DNA of 39,596 bases from assembly GCF_004010195.1 (NCBI RefSeq), contig NC_057718.1, positions 6,197,988-6,237,583 of the forward strand. The letters are read 5' to 3'. The DNA comes from Chiloscyllium plagiosum. Taxonomy: Eukaryota. Under the pieces are notes generated by a model, which saw only the letters and a program-made list of their open reading frames with translations, ran no database searches and was not told the DNA's origin. How positions within the stretch are numbered: the stretch's first letter is position 1; the number at the start of each line of letters is the position of its first letter. Below, piece after piece: positions 1 to 10,609 of this stretch. The position numbers and the translations under genes were made by a program.

Positions 1-289
1 CAAGAGATTGGTGATAGGGGAGAAGGCTCAACTTTCTCTGCTTTGGGGTGGCCATTGTTCAAAACTGTAGCATAAATGCTTTCTTCCTCTGAACAGGGTG
101 CCAGTTCGAGCATGGAATGGGCTGATTCATTCTGGATAGTGTTATACGTGGAGCTGAACAATACAGAATCAGAGAAAACTCATGTGAAGCAGATCAGGAT
201 GCAAGACCCAAAGGCACTTGGCTGAGGAACTCCACCACTGATGCTCTGGGGCTGCATGACAAGCATTTCTTAATCTCATCAAGTCAGAA

Positions 290-670
290 TTATTTTTCCC
301 TTAACTCTCTCAAGGGAGGTGGGCATCACTGGCAAAGCCAGGATTTCTTGCCCTTACCTCACAGCCTTTGAACTTGCTCAGCTATTTCAGTGCCTTGTTC
401 AGACTTGCATTGCTGTGGATCTGGACTCACATGGAGGCCAAATGGGTAATGATAGCAGACCTCCTTCCCCAAAAGGTATGAGTGAACAAGATATTTTTTT
501 CCACAAATCAATGATAGTTTCCTGGCTGCCATTACTGAGACTAGCTTTTAGTGTAGATCTATCAATTAAGTGAATTTAAGCTGCTATGGTGCAATTTGAA
601 CCCCTGACCCCAGAGTATTAACATGCAGCACCGAATTACCAATCCAATCACACTACCATGGTCTCCATGG
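290..670 (-). mobile_element. Degraded tRNA-derived SINE (SacSINE1/DeuSINE-like)
   Basis: Reverse complement resembles the copy at 20690-21030 (tgctgtggatctggactcacatg core; gtgggcatcactggc tail). Boundaries approximate. Confidence 0.55.
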
Positions 671-1304
671 CCCCACACTCAGAGGGTTTCCTACTGTCAA
701 CAATTACCCTCCATTACAACAGGACGCACTGGTTACACACTTGGCTGAATGTTGCCGTGAAGTTGAGGAGACCTACTCTTGCTTTTCCAGTTTAATTCAG
801 CTTGTGTTATGTCTGGGTCAAGTGACTTTTGATAGGATTCAAACTGATGTGGGCAGGCTATTGGTAACTTATGCTATTTCATGCTGGCGTGGTTAATTCC
901 TTCCAACAACTGATTAGGATAAAGCTGAATAAGATAGTGGCTAACCAAATTAGTTGATTTGTCTTAATAAGACATATTTGGGGATCCAACACACACATTG
1001 AGTACAGCTAGTGTTCATAACTGTCCGAGAACAGCTTGGAACATGGAACAGATTAATCTAATACATATGTCTTGCACTGAGAGGAGTTCCCTTCCCTCAG
1101 TGTTATGAGAGATGAACCAAACAGACAGGACACCAGGATCGAAGATGGCAAGGATCTCAGAAACAAGTTGAGTAATGTCAAGCATTTTGGGCATTTGAGC
1201 ATTTATCACTGAAAACATTTTCAAACACATTGACCCAATGTATGCCCGGGCAATATTCTTCCTCTGTTGATTCTCTTTGTCCACCACTAACTGCAGTTCC
1301 TGCA

Positions 1305-1730
1305 GTGAAGGGATTTTCTTACAAGAATAGGTTGAGCAGATTGGAACTATACTTGTTGGAGTTCAGCAGAATGAGGGGTGATCTCAGTGAAACATATAAG
1401 ATTTGAAGGGGTCTTGACAGGGTCGATGTTGAGATGTTTCCTCTCATTGAGAATCTAAAACTTAGGGGTATTGTTTCAAAGTAAAAGGCCCCCATTTAAA
1501 GTGGAAGAAAAGAAGTGATCTCTCAGAGAGTCCACGAGTTTTTAAATTTTCTTTCATACAGAACTGCGGAGTTAGAGTCATTGAAATATTCAGGGTTGAG
1601 GTAAACCGACTTTTTTTTAATCTGCAAAGAAGTCAGGTGTTATGGAGCAAGTGGGTCACTCATGATCTTACTGGTTGATGGAGCAGACTCCGTGGGTTAA
1701 AACATCTACTCCTTCGCCTATTCCTTGTGA
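1305..1730 (+). mobile_element. Degraded CR1-clade LINE 3' fragment
   Basis: aggttgagcagattggaactatac...agaatgaggggtgatctcagtgaaacatataag is a remnant of the CR1 ORF2 C-terminal RLxxLGL...RRxRGDL.E.YK motif, followed by 3' UTR. Confidence 0.65.
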
Positions 1731-1951
1731 TCTTATTTACTTTCTTCACTCCTTCATGGGATCAGGCTGTTCCAGTATTATCGTTCCCACTTTTCCTTGA
1801 GGTAATGGGCAATGAATCACCTCTTTGAATTTAACTGCATGGGTCACTTGGCCATTTCAAAGGACTCTTAAGGTCAACTCATTTTCCACCCTGAAGGGAC
1901 AGTTGTGAAACTGATTTTTTAAAAATATATTGGTCCGTTAATTTCCAGACA

Positions 1952-2103
1952 TGGAGGTGCCAGTATTGGACTGGGGCAGACAATGTCAGAAGTCACTTGA
2001 CACCAGCTCATAGTCCAAGTGGTTTATACGAAATCACAAGCTTTCAGAACGGTGCTCCTTTGTCAGGTGAACTAGAGGGAAACGCTTTCCCTCCTCTTCA
2101 CCT
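1952..2103. mobile_element. Diverged copy of the hammerhead-bearing short element (same family as 6091-6296) ending in a hairpin
   Basis: tggaggtgccagtattggactgggg...caccagctcatagtccaa...gctttcagaacggtgctcctttgtcaggtg aligns by eye to 6093-6210. Followed by inverted repeat aggtgaa-cta-gagggaaa-cgc-tttccctc-ctc-ttcacct (2065-2103). Confidence 0.7.
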
Positions 2104-3010
2104 AACTATTAATTTCTTTGTAATGTCAGTGTTACTGATCCTAGCTTTATTCAAAATTGTTTGGTTTGTTAGCTGAATTTAAACTCCCTAAGTGCCAAGG
2201 TGGACTTGGGAGATGATGGTGTGGTGGTAATATCACCACTCTATAACTTAGAGACCCTTAGGTCATGAGTTCAAATCGTGCCACAGTAGTTTGTGGAAAT
2301 CTAAATGCAACAACTCAATCGTCTGGCATTGGAATCTAGTGGCAATTATTAATTGTGTAATGTAATGTTGAGGATATACACAGAATGGCTCAGTGGTTAG
2401 TACTGCTGCCTCACAGGACCAGGCCATTTTGTATTTGAAACTGATAAAATAAATTGCCAAAAAGATGTTGCAATGCAGCTCCAGTTGTTTTATGCAAAGA
2501 TAGAATTACAGTAGCCTAATTATTATGGAACGTGATCAGTAATCCTCACAAAGTAGTGAACTCCCAGTATGGTCGTTGGCAAATTGGAGTTTAATTTAAA
2601 ACATGTCAATATTCATCAGAAGTCCAACTCTTTTAACAATGTCTCCAGGGAAATAACTGAGCTGAGTTTATTTGTGACTTCAGTCCCACCCATAAATGTG
2701 GTTGGGTTTTAGCTGCCTAGATGTGGGCTAGCAGTCTTCTTAGCTGTGCAAAGCCCCTGTGGTTGAGGAAGAATTTCCACCACAACCACCAGCTCCTCAG
2801 GGACAACTGGGAGATGAACAATAAGTACTGGTTTTGCCAATGACCCTAACCCTGAGAATGAATAATAAATTGCTTCTTTGTCTTCTCCACTCAGTCCACA
2901 CACAAGCAAAATACAGATCACACAGAAGCTGGTTTGAGCTAATAATCAGGATGGAATTTGATTGGTAATGTCTGAAGGAGCCAGGGAAATTAAATCGTAT
3001 TTTCCGATAC

Positions 3011-3156
3011 CTCTTTCTGTACAGCTGGCTGACTGGCATTCATCGGTGTGTAGAGCAGCATATATCCCGAGGCACCACGAGCTGGCTCCCATCTGACATT
3101 CATCGTGGTCGGGGTAATATCGTAGACATTTAGATTTCTCACACCAGGAATGGGCA
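3011..3156 (-). CDS. col12a1: Collagen XII exon (146 bp, phase 1-0), first half of the next FN3; gene continues beyond window start
   Basis: Hidden in another frame of ORF 2946-3245. Acceptor cttttgacag|TGCCC, donor AAAGAG|gtatcg. Translates LPIPGVRNLNVYDITPTTMNVRWEPARGASGYMLLYTPMNASQPAVQKE. Confidence 0.92.
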
Positions 3157-3399
3157 CTGTCAAAAGAGAATTTAAAAATCATGAAGAAGTAATTGCTAAG
3201 AAAGCCGTTTGTCAACTCACAAAGTGATATCCTCTTATCTGACATCCAGCACCTTTCAGGTATCTTGAGATGGATTTTCTGACTAGCAAAAAGGAGCCTT
3301 GAAATTCCAAGTCACAATGGCACTGAGAGGAAGAGAATGAAAACCATTGCTGGGGAACCACTGTGTGAGTTTCAGAGTGAAGGACTTGCCCTGTCAGGG

Positions 3400-3888
3400 A
3401 CAGCACACTAGATAGGGTAGGCAGATAATAGCTCTACCCTATGGTAGGGGAGTATAAAATTAGACGACATAGGTTTAAGGTCAGAGAGGTGAGACACAAA
3501 GGGTCCACGGGGCAATGTTTTTGCACAGAGGGTGGTGAATGTCTAGAATGGTCTGCCAGAGGTAGTGGTGAAAGCAAGTACAATTTCTTCATTTCAGAAG
3601 CATTTAAACAGATACATGGATGGGATAGGTCTGGATGGAAATGCGGGGGAGTCCTAATGGAAGGTTCCAACCTGAAATGTCAACTCCCCTGCTCCTCTGC
3701 TGTGCTTTTTCCAGCTCCACACTTTATCAACTCTGACTTTCTGGCATCTGCAGACCTCAATATCTCCAAGGAAGGATACAGACCAAATGCAGGCAAATGA
3801 AACTATTTAATTCTGAAAACTGGGCTGCATGAACAGGTTGCGCTGAAGGGCCTGTTTCAATGCTGTGGACCGCTCTGACTCTATGACT
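3400..3888 (+). mobile_element. CR1/HER1 LINE 3' fragment interrupted by a Penelope terminal fragment (3652-3767)
   Basis: ORF 3441 begins GEYKIRRHRFKVR, which is the CR1 RGHRFKVRG motif. Tail ctctgactctatgac. The insert resembles the reverse complement of 39355-39483. Confidence 0.7.
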
Positions 3889-4270
3889 AGTTAGTTGCAG
3901 AGTAGAGCTCCCTCTGCAATGCCCCGGCAATGTACCTTAACTTGTACACTGAAGAACATAGCTAACTGTACGAGTTTTGCTCCCTGCATCACTGACGAGC
4001 ATGCTGATACTGACTCAAAACAGAGCTAGAGAGGCACCAGAAAAATTGTGTGGCTGATCTCTTTGTTTAGGGAAATATGCCAGACAAGAAAGACCTGGAA
4101 CGTTTTCACTACATCAACAGTTACAAATAGCTTGAAGCCAAGTTTCTGTGGATGTTCTGCCATTACAATCAAGCGATTTCAAACAAAACAATCAGAAAGG
4201 TTTGACAAACATTTTTTTGTTACATAGACCTCGTAATAAAGTAAAAGCAAGTAGATAATATCTGGCTCAC

Positions 4271-4400
4271 GTGTGGTCTCTGTTCCCATAAGAGGTTCAC
4301 TGACTTCTCCTTCCAGCAGTCCGTACACATTGACAACATATTCCGTGTCAGGCTGCAGGTTTCTCAATACTGTGGTCTTGGTTCTTCCATTTACTAACAC
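4271..4400 (-). CDS. col12a1: Collagen XII exon (130 bp, phase 0-1), second half of FN3
   Basis: Acceptor ctctttcag|GTGTTA, donor ACAC|gtgagc. Translates VLVNGRTKTTVLRNLQPDTEYVVNVYGLLEGEVSEPLMGTETT. Confidence 0.93.
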
Positions 4401-4995
4401 CTGAAAGAGCACGTCGCCATCATCCAAATATGGCCATGAACTGGGACAGTAAAACAATGCAAGCAACAGGAGGAAGGCTGGATATGTGGTTCCGTACACA
4501 ATCCGAAGTTTTGAATCTTTGATTCTGACCCATATTTATTGGTAAGTGAAATGGCAGCATGAAATTCCCTGTGTCTGCATTGGTTAAGAAGCCAGTTGAC
4601 AGAAATGGCTTCATGCTTTTATTGGAAGAGTGGGAAGAGGGAGTTGACACAATTGCGTTCACTACTGCAGCCACACAGAGTGAGGGCAACCATAAAATCT
4701 CTGCCTCAGCTCTGAAAGAGGCTGCCTGTGCCTATCTGACACTGCATTCCCACTCCAGTTTGAGCCCACTCCAGACTTAATCATTGCAGGGTCCACAACG
4801 ATCACAGCTGAAGTTTGGAAGTGCCCTGACTCGCGAGTAGCAATGTTAAAACAACTCTCTCTTATCCCTGTGAACTCAAGGAGACCACATATGTTTTGAA
4901 TATACAGTTAGGTGACTTTTCTGTAACAGCATCCCCACAACACAGAGGCCACTGTTAGACAGCCCAGCTCAGCATGCTGGGTGTGGGGGCTGGAC

Positions 4996-5028
4996 GGGGG
5001 GGGGGGGGCGGGGGGCGGGGGGGGGGGG
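4996..5028 (+). repeat. Poly-G tract G13-C-G6-C-G12 (G-quadruplex-capable)
   Basis: Read directly from the sequence. Confidence 0.9.
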
Positions 5029-5170
5029 TGCAGCAGGAGGAGGAATCAAATGCATAATAATAAATACATGTATATACTTACTAAACTTAGACCAATGTTT
5101 GACCTCTTAACAGCTCTCTCAATTTGATTTTATTGATATTTATACAACACTTGGGAAGCAGTTCACTAAC

Positions 5171-5310
5171 CTCTTCAGGTTTCCCTCCAGCCACTGGTTG
5201 GTATTCCACCCTGTACCGATCAAAGTTTGAATCAGAGTGATCCCAAGTTACCCGGAAGGTGTGATGAGTCGCCTCAGAGGTAACCAGGTTTGTTGGAGGA
5301 TTCAAGTCAC
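5171..5310 (-). CDS. col12a1: Collagen XII exon (140 bp, phase 1-0), first half of FN3
   Basis: Acceptor ctgtcgtag|GTGAC, donor GAAGAG|gttagt. Translates GDLNPPTNLVTSEATHHTFRVTWDHSDSNFDRYRVEYQPVAGGKPEE. Confidence 0.93.
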
Positions 5311-6090
5311 CTACGACAGCAAATGTCAAGAGACAGCATGAGTAGATCCCTCTGGTACTCACTCTGCTAGCTTAGCACCCACTCATTTCTCATAGTCCCC
5401 AACCTGTCTGATGGACAATCCCGAGCTTCTTGCTAAAGTTCCTTCAGCTGCACCTCCCAAACTCTGCACTCTCCGACATCTGGAAAGTCAAGGGTAGCAG
5501 TTGCAAGAAAACACGATTATTTCCAAGTACTCCTCCAAGTTCCATGCTCCCTGAATTGGACATGTATTCTCATTCCTCCATTGTTGATAGATCAAATTCC
5601 TAGACCTCTCTATAACAGCACGAGGCAGCAATGTCACCAGCTGAACTGTAGAGGTTTCTGAAAATGGCCCGTCACCATTTCCTCAAGGGTAGTTAGGAAA
5701 TGGATAGTAAATACTAGCTTCGTCATCAACACCCATGTCCAGAGAATGAATCTTAATTACAGGATCTACAATTAGGTAAATACAGATTTCCTACAACTAA
5801 AAATGCTCTAAATTGTTTAAATTCATTGAGTTGCTCAAAATAAACTTCTGGATTTACATATCTACATTATATTACCTGTTTATTTATATTGATGACATTA
5901 CCACTTAACCATTTCCTCTTGAAATGTATGTACTATAATTTTCTACAACCCTTCTTATAGCACTGTACACAACTATTATGGTGCAGAAGGAGGCCATTCA
6001 GCCTATTGTGCCGGTACTGGTAGCATTGCAGCTGTACAATTTGTTCCCAATAATTACCTGGAGAAAGAGTATGATATTGATAGATCATTT

Positions 6091-6296
6091 TTTGGAGATG
6101 CCAGTGTTGGACTGGGATGTACAAAATTAAAAATCACACAACACCAGGTTGTGGTCCAACAGGTTTATTTGGAAGCACTGGCTTTCGGAGCGCTGCTCCT
6201 TCATCAGGTGGTTGTCAATTCGGAGCAGCGCTCCGAAAGCTAGTGCTTCCAAATAAACCTGTTGGACTATAACCTGGCGTTGTGTGATTTTTTAAC
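6091..6296. mobile_element. Palindromic short insertion (probable Penelope-type pseudo-LTR, inverted) with 14-bp TSD
   Basis: Inverted arms 6127-6199 and 6222-6295. Direct repeat ttgatagatcattt at 6077-6090 and 6297-6310. Confidence 0.85.
6173..6213 (-). ncRNA. Minimal type I hammerhead ribozyme motif, probably inactivated
   Basis: Minus strand reads AACCAC-CTGATGA-A-GGAGC-AGC-GCTCC-GAA-AGCC-A-GTGCTT. Core and stem II are intact. The palindromic AGCT seen in the other arm (gaaagctag, 6235-6243) is AGCC here, which removes the U of the NUH triplet. Confidence 0.65.
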
Positions 6297-7149
6297 TTGA
6301 TAGATCATTTAGTGGTATTAAAAAGATTATTCATCCCAAATTTCTGGAGGTACATTTCATTTATGCTTTGTCACTTTGCTGCTCTCCCTTTGCAATTATT
6401 GAGGTGACTGACACCAACTCACAAATGTTCTCACACTGGGGCTCTGTTTTAATACCATGCACCATAGCCCACAATTAGTTTGCACAGCATAGCAGGCACA
6501 CAGGCCCTTCATTTTTGCCACTATAATATTCATTCCATGCCCCTCCCACTTTCACAGAAACCAAAATTGCTCCACACCTGTAAGATCAGAAATCTACCCA
6601 TATCCATTCTGAACATTTCCATGAGTTAAGCCCTAAACTAAGAAGGCTCAACAATTGATAATCTCCGTAATTTCACACATTCTGACACGATCAGTTTATA
6701 GTCCAGGGCTGAAGTCCAACTAACTGAAGGCAGGCCAAAAATTGGAATTTAGGCTGTATTATTGGGTATGGCTCAATGCAAAGGAATGTTGACATTGACT
6801 GTTTTGCCTCATTAGCCAGAATTTGCTATTTTAAACTTGATAGAGGCAGCAAGGTGATTAATTTGCTCGTGTGAAGTAAACATCGCTTCGGCCTAACACT
6901 GATTATTTTCCAGATCAATTTTCAACCAAAGGAGCAGCTATTGGCTTTCCATACCTGCTTCCCCTCTGCCTGTATCTGTCTCCTGCTTCCCAAAGAAATC
7001 TGCCAGTTCCACGTTCACACAGGCATGATGGAAGTATTCAGTCAGCACACTGCTATTTAACACGGGTAACCTAAGATGACCTGTTCCCTCTCAACACTTT
7101 AATGGTGTAAATTGTCATCAAATGTGAAAAAAAACCACATAATTTAACT

Positions 7150-7480
7150 GCTTGCTATTCTGTTGGGCCCATCAAGTCTGTACTGCCAAAGTTCCACTAA
7201 ATCTACAATCGTCCCACTTTCCTGCACTGGGTCCATAGCCTCCAATGTTACAACAGTTCAAATGCTTATCCAAGTGCTTTATTAAGGTTGTGAGCTTCAT
7301 ATCTCAATTACTGTCCCAGGCAATGCACTCCAGGCTCCACCACCCTCTGGGTGAAAGTGGTTTTCTGCAATTGCCCTTTGAATCTCCAGCCTTTCTCTTT
7401 AAAGTTAAGCCCCCTTGTTATTATCCCTTCAACTTAGGGGAACAGTTGTTTTTTATTCACCCTGTCCATGTCCCTCATAA
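7150..7480 (-). mobile_element. Degraded CR1 LINE 3' fragment
   Basis: caaatgcttatccaagtgctttattaa...caccaccctctgggtgaaa...ttcaccctgtccatgtccctcataa is the reverse complement of the CR1 3' region seen at 14800-15120. Confidence 0.65.
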
Positions 7481-7773
7481 ACCTATAGCCAAGGTAAGAA
7501 TCCTAGTCCAAACCCTAACCACAGTACAGTCTTGACATTGTAAAACCACCCAACAGTAGGCAGCAGATTGAAACTTGATTGGTCCATTTTGACTGCTTGA
7601 ATCGAAAGGGAATTATAAATACTTGCAAACCAAACCAATGGGGCAGTCAGATGAATTAGAAATCTCTTTCCAAGAGCTAGTACAGGAACAATGGGCTGAG
7701 TGGATTCTTTTGCTGCAATCTGATTCTCTGCACAGCGTTTGCTAAAATCAAGTTCTCGAACGATATTTCATAC

Positions 7774-7920
7774 CTGGCCCCTTTACACTGTTACAGAGAT
7801 TCGTGCTCAGGTCATCAACAATTTCAGTGAGTAAAGCAAAATCAGCCACGGTGTACACGTGAATGCTGTCTGGGTCAGTGGCAATCTGCTTCAATTCGGC
7901 TTCATCCGCATTCTTAATAC
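7774..7920 (-). CDS. col12a1: Collagen XII exon (147 bp, phase 1-1), end of VWA domain
   Basis: Not in the ORF track. Acceptor ttccttag|GTATT, donor CCAG|gtatga. Translates [49 protein letters not shown]. Confidence 0.95.
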
Positions 7921-8506
7921 CTAAGGAAGAACATCATACTTGATAACAGTGAGTACTCAAGAAAGTGGCACAGTCGTACAGTCACCAGACTAGCAATCCA
8001 ATGCCCAGGCTATTGTTCTGCAGTATGGCTTCAGAGATGGTTTCCACAGCTCAGTGTTCAGAGCAGAATTGCATATCTAACTTAAACACTAAAGTTAACA
8101 AACTATGATTTTTACTACCTCTTCAAAGAATGCCATTGCAAAGTCACTTTATTAAAAGTAATACTGCAGGTATAACTATTATTGATACATATGGTAACAA
8201 TGTGGTTATTACTGATCTAGCAATCCAGAAGATGCAAGCTTGGGTCCCACCAAAGACATTTGAGAAATCAAACTTAGTTTATTTGAAAAATAGGAAAAGA
8301 CCTTTGGTATCAGCAAAAGTGTCAGCTTATCATAAAATGTCAAGTGGTTAGCTATACTTTAGAAAAGAATGTTAGACTTGAATGGTGATATCACCTTAGT
8401 TGCTTGAGCTTAGAGAATCTGCTGCTCTGCCCAAGTTATGTTCAATACCTTGACTGCCTTCGCTTCCTTCCAGTTTCCCACTCTGTTTCACACCATGCCA
8501 ACTCAC

Positions 8507-8671
8507 CAACAGCATACAGCTCCACTCCCATGTTGCGCAAAGTATCGGAGGGAATGCCAACATCATCTTGCGACTTGCCATCAGTGATGAGGACACCAAT
8601 CTTACGTGCGTTCGGACGAGCACCAGCATCAGTATTAAAGTTGTTTTGCAATATGTGGTTGAGAGCCATGC
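8507..8671 (-). CDS. col12a1: Collagen XII exon (165 bp, phase 1-1), VWA domain (ITDG motif)
   Basis: Acceptor ttctcag|GCATG, donor GTTG|gtgagt. Translates [55 protein letters not shown]. Confidence 0.95.
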
Positions 8672-9084
8672 CTGAGAATAACAGTGAGAAAATAAGGTAA
8701 AAACAGGCAACTTGCATCAATCATTGAAGGAGGGTTACTTGAGAAGTAAATTGAGAGTGGGAATTGGATGAAAGCTTTGGCAAAAGATGTTCTCTGCTCT
8801 GAGTTACGAGGTGAGAGAGATTAGAACATGGGTCCAGAAAAATGCAGCAATAGTCATTGGGAGAATTCACGGCTGCACAGACAGATCACCATCCTCACTT
8901 CAGAGTTAGAATGGTTAAACTTGTGCTATACTCTGGTCAGTCATTACAAGCTAAGGCTGCCAATATTGCTTTGGTGTGCACTGGCTCTGACAGTATGGCT
9001 CCCCCCTTATTGTACAGGTTGTATTTAGCATTGCAGCAAAGATATTCTGAACACATGACAAATCCCTGAGAAAGCACGTTCCAA

Positions 9085-9365
9085 ACCCAGGACCACTGCC
9101 ATCTAGAAGGACAAGGGCAGCAGATACATGGGAACACCAGTACCTGTAAGTTCCCCTCCCCTCACCATCCTGAGGTGAAAGTATATCACTGTCCCTTCAG
9201 TGTTGCTGGGTCAAAATTGTGGAACTCCCTCCCTAAAGACATTGTTGCACATGGACTGCAGTGATTCAAGAAGGCAGCTTTCCACCTACTCAAGGGCAAC
9301 GATGGATGGGAAACAGATGCTGGCGCAGCCAGAGACACTACATCCCACAAGTGAATTTTTTAAAA
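9085..9365 (+). mobile_element. Old LINE 3' end sharing its tail with the SacSINE1-like SINE (related copies 5440-5755, 29530-29755)
   Basis: Shared motifs ccatctagaaggacaagggcagcag...gggtcaaaattgtggaactccctccc...ttcaagaaggcagc...ctcaagggcaa across the three copies. Confidence 0.55.
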
Positions 9366-9578
9366 GGTAAAGATCATGGGAAACCACCTGAGCTTGGAAG
9401 AATTGTAAGGTATAAGGAAGACAGTGTGGCAATCAAAAAGGACATAGAGAAGTTGGGGGTGTAGAAGGGAAGGTGGTAGATGAGGTTCATGCAGAGAAGT
9501 GTAAGGAGATGTACTTTGGTCAGAAAAACATGGAAAGATAAAATGAAATAGGGAGTTCACTTCCAAGTTGGGGAGGGC

Positions 9579-9861
9579 ACATCAATTATCCGAATTTCGG
9601 ATTCTCCAAACATGTCTCAGGGTCCTGTAAATGCTTCCTTTGTTTATGATCAGATCAGTAATCCAAACAATCAGTTATCCAAGCAATCTGTTATCCGAAC
9701 AATCAGTTATCCGAACAATCAGTTATCCGAACAATCAGTTATCCGAACAATCAGTTATCCGAACAATTTGTTATCCGAACAATCCGAAATCCGAACAATC
9801 AGTTATCTTAACAAAATACTCCCCATCCGTCTCGTTCAAATAACTGAGGTTGTTCTGTGTA
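9579..9861. mobile_element. Non-autonomous DNA transposon remnant (probable Tc1/mariner, pogo/Tigger-like MITE) inserted in a degraded CR1 RT fragment
   Basis: Right end gttcaaataactgaggttgttctgtgta resembles a decayed terminal inverted repeat ending in TA. The ttatccgaa motif recurs at the left end (9586-9594). Flanks 9400-9560 and 9862-10075 look like contiguous CR1 sequence. Confidence 0.55.
9653..9812 (+). repeat. Minisatellite, 10 x 16 bp (aatcagttatccgaac)
   Basis: Four perfect units at 9701-9764, with diverged units on both sides. No spacers. Confidence 0.95.
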
Positions 9862-10234
9862 TGTGTACAGATCTTTGAAGGTAGCAGAATAGGTAGAGAG
9901 AGCAGTGAGTAACACACAGTAGACTCATTTTTATTGCTAAGGGCTTTCAGTGGAAGAGCAAAAAGGTGATGTTCAACTTATTTAAGACATTTGGGAGACC
10001 TCAGCAGGAGTATTTTGTACAATCCTGGGCATCACATTATAGGAAGGACATGAATGCACTAGAGAGAGTGTCGAAGCAGTGATTCTGTGATAGCTAGTCT
10101 TCACTCATGACTGGTTCAAGTCACAATCAGCTACAAATCGGCTGTGATCTCACTGAAGGACAGCACAGTCTCAAAAGGCTGAATGGCCTGTGTTTCCACA
10201 AGATCATCCAGATCCACAGGGTAAAACAGCCTAC

Positions 10235-10354
10235 CTGTCAAGGTGTTGCCCCCTTTGTAAGGTAGACCCGCTACAGCATCAAGTAAGCTCTTCTTGTCCC
10301 TGTGCTGATTAAGGTTCCATTCGGTCCTTGGGTCTCCGCTGTACTGGGCCAGAC
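10235..10354 (-). CDS. col12a1: Collagen XII exon (120 bp, phase 1-1), VWA domain
   Basis: Follows a 105-bp intron. Acceptor tccttag|GTCTG, donor ACAG|gtaggc. Translates [48 protein letters not shown] fits COL12A1 better than COL14A1 or COL20A1, from memory. Confidence 0.95.
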
Positions 10355-10459
10355 CTAAGGACATTCAGACAATCCAGTGAGCCATGTCAATTTATTTTGT
10401 TGCTTGAGGAAATGAAATAGCAAATTGACAGAATCAAGGAGGACTCTGCGAGAGCTCAC

Positions 10460-10609
10460 CAAACTGTACTCTTCTGGGACCAATGTCGAAGACTTGAACC
10501 AGCTTGGAGATGAAATTTCTGATCTGTCGGAAATTAAGTCGCCCGATACTCCAAGATCCATCCACAAGCAGCACGATGTCAGCAGCTGCCCTAGTGGTAC
10601 ACTGCAGCC
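10460..10609 (-). CDS. col12a1: Collagen XII exon (150 bp, phase 1-1), start of VWA domain with MIDAS DxSxS motif
   Basis: Acceptor tgtgacag|GGCTG, donor TTTG|gtgagc. Translates [50 protein letters not shown]. Confidence 0.95.

Noticed and set aside
1..3010. Next collagen exon (second half of the FN3)
   Set aside because: No minus-strand segment with a suitable translation and splice sites found by eye; it probably lies beyond the window start.
8396..8710. Alternative-frame and antisense ORFs over exons (also 10355-10655, 24871-25080, 27633-27815)
   Set aside because: Shadow ORFs of real collagen exons, with no independent support.
9653..9812. Regular repeat that could be mistaken for a CRISPR array; repetitive ORFs 9612-9878 and 9631-9843
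   Set aside because: Units are head-to-tail with no unique spacers, there are no cas genes and the context is eukaryotic. The ORFs are translations of the minisatellite.
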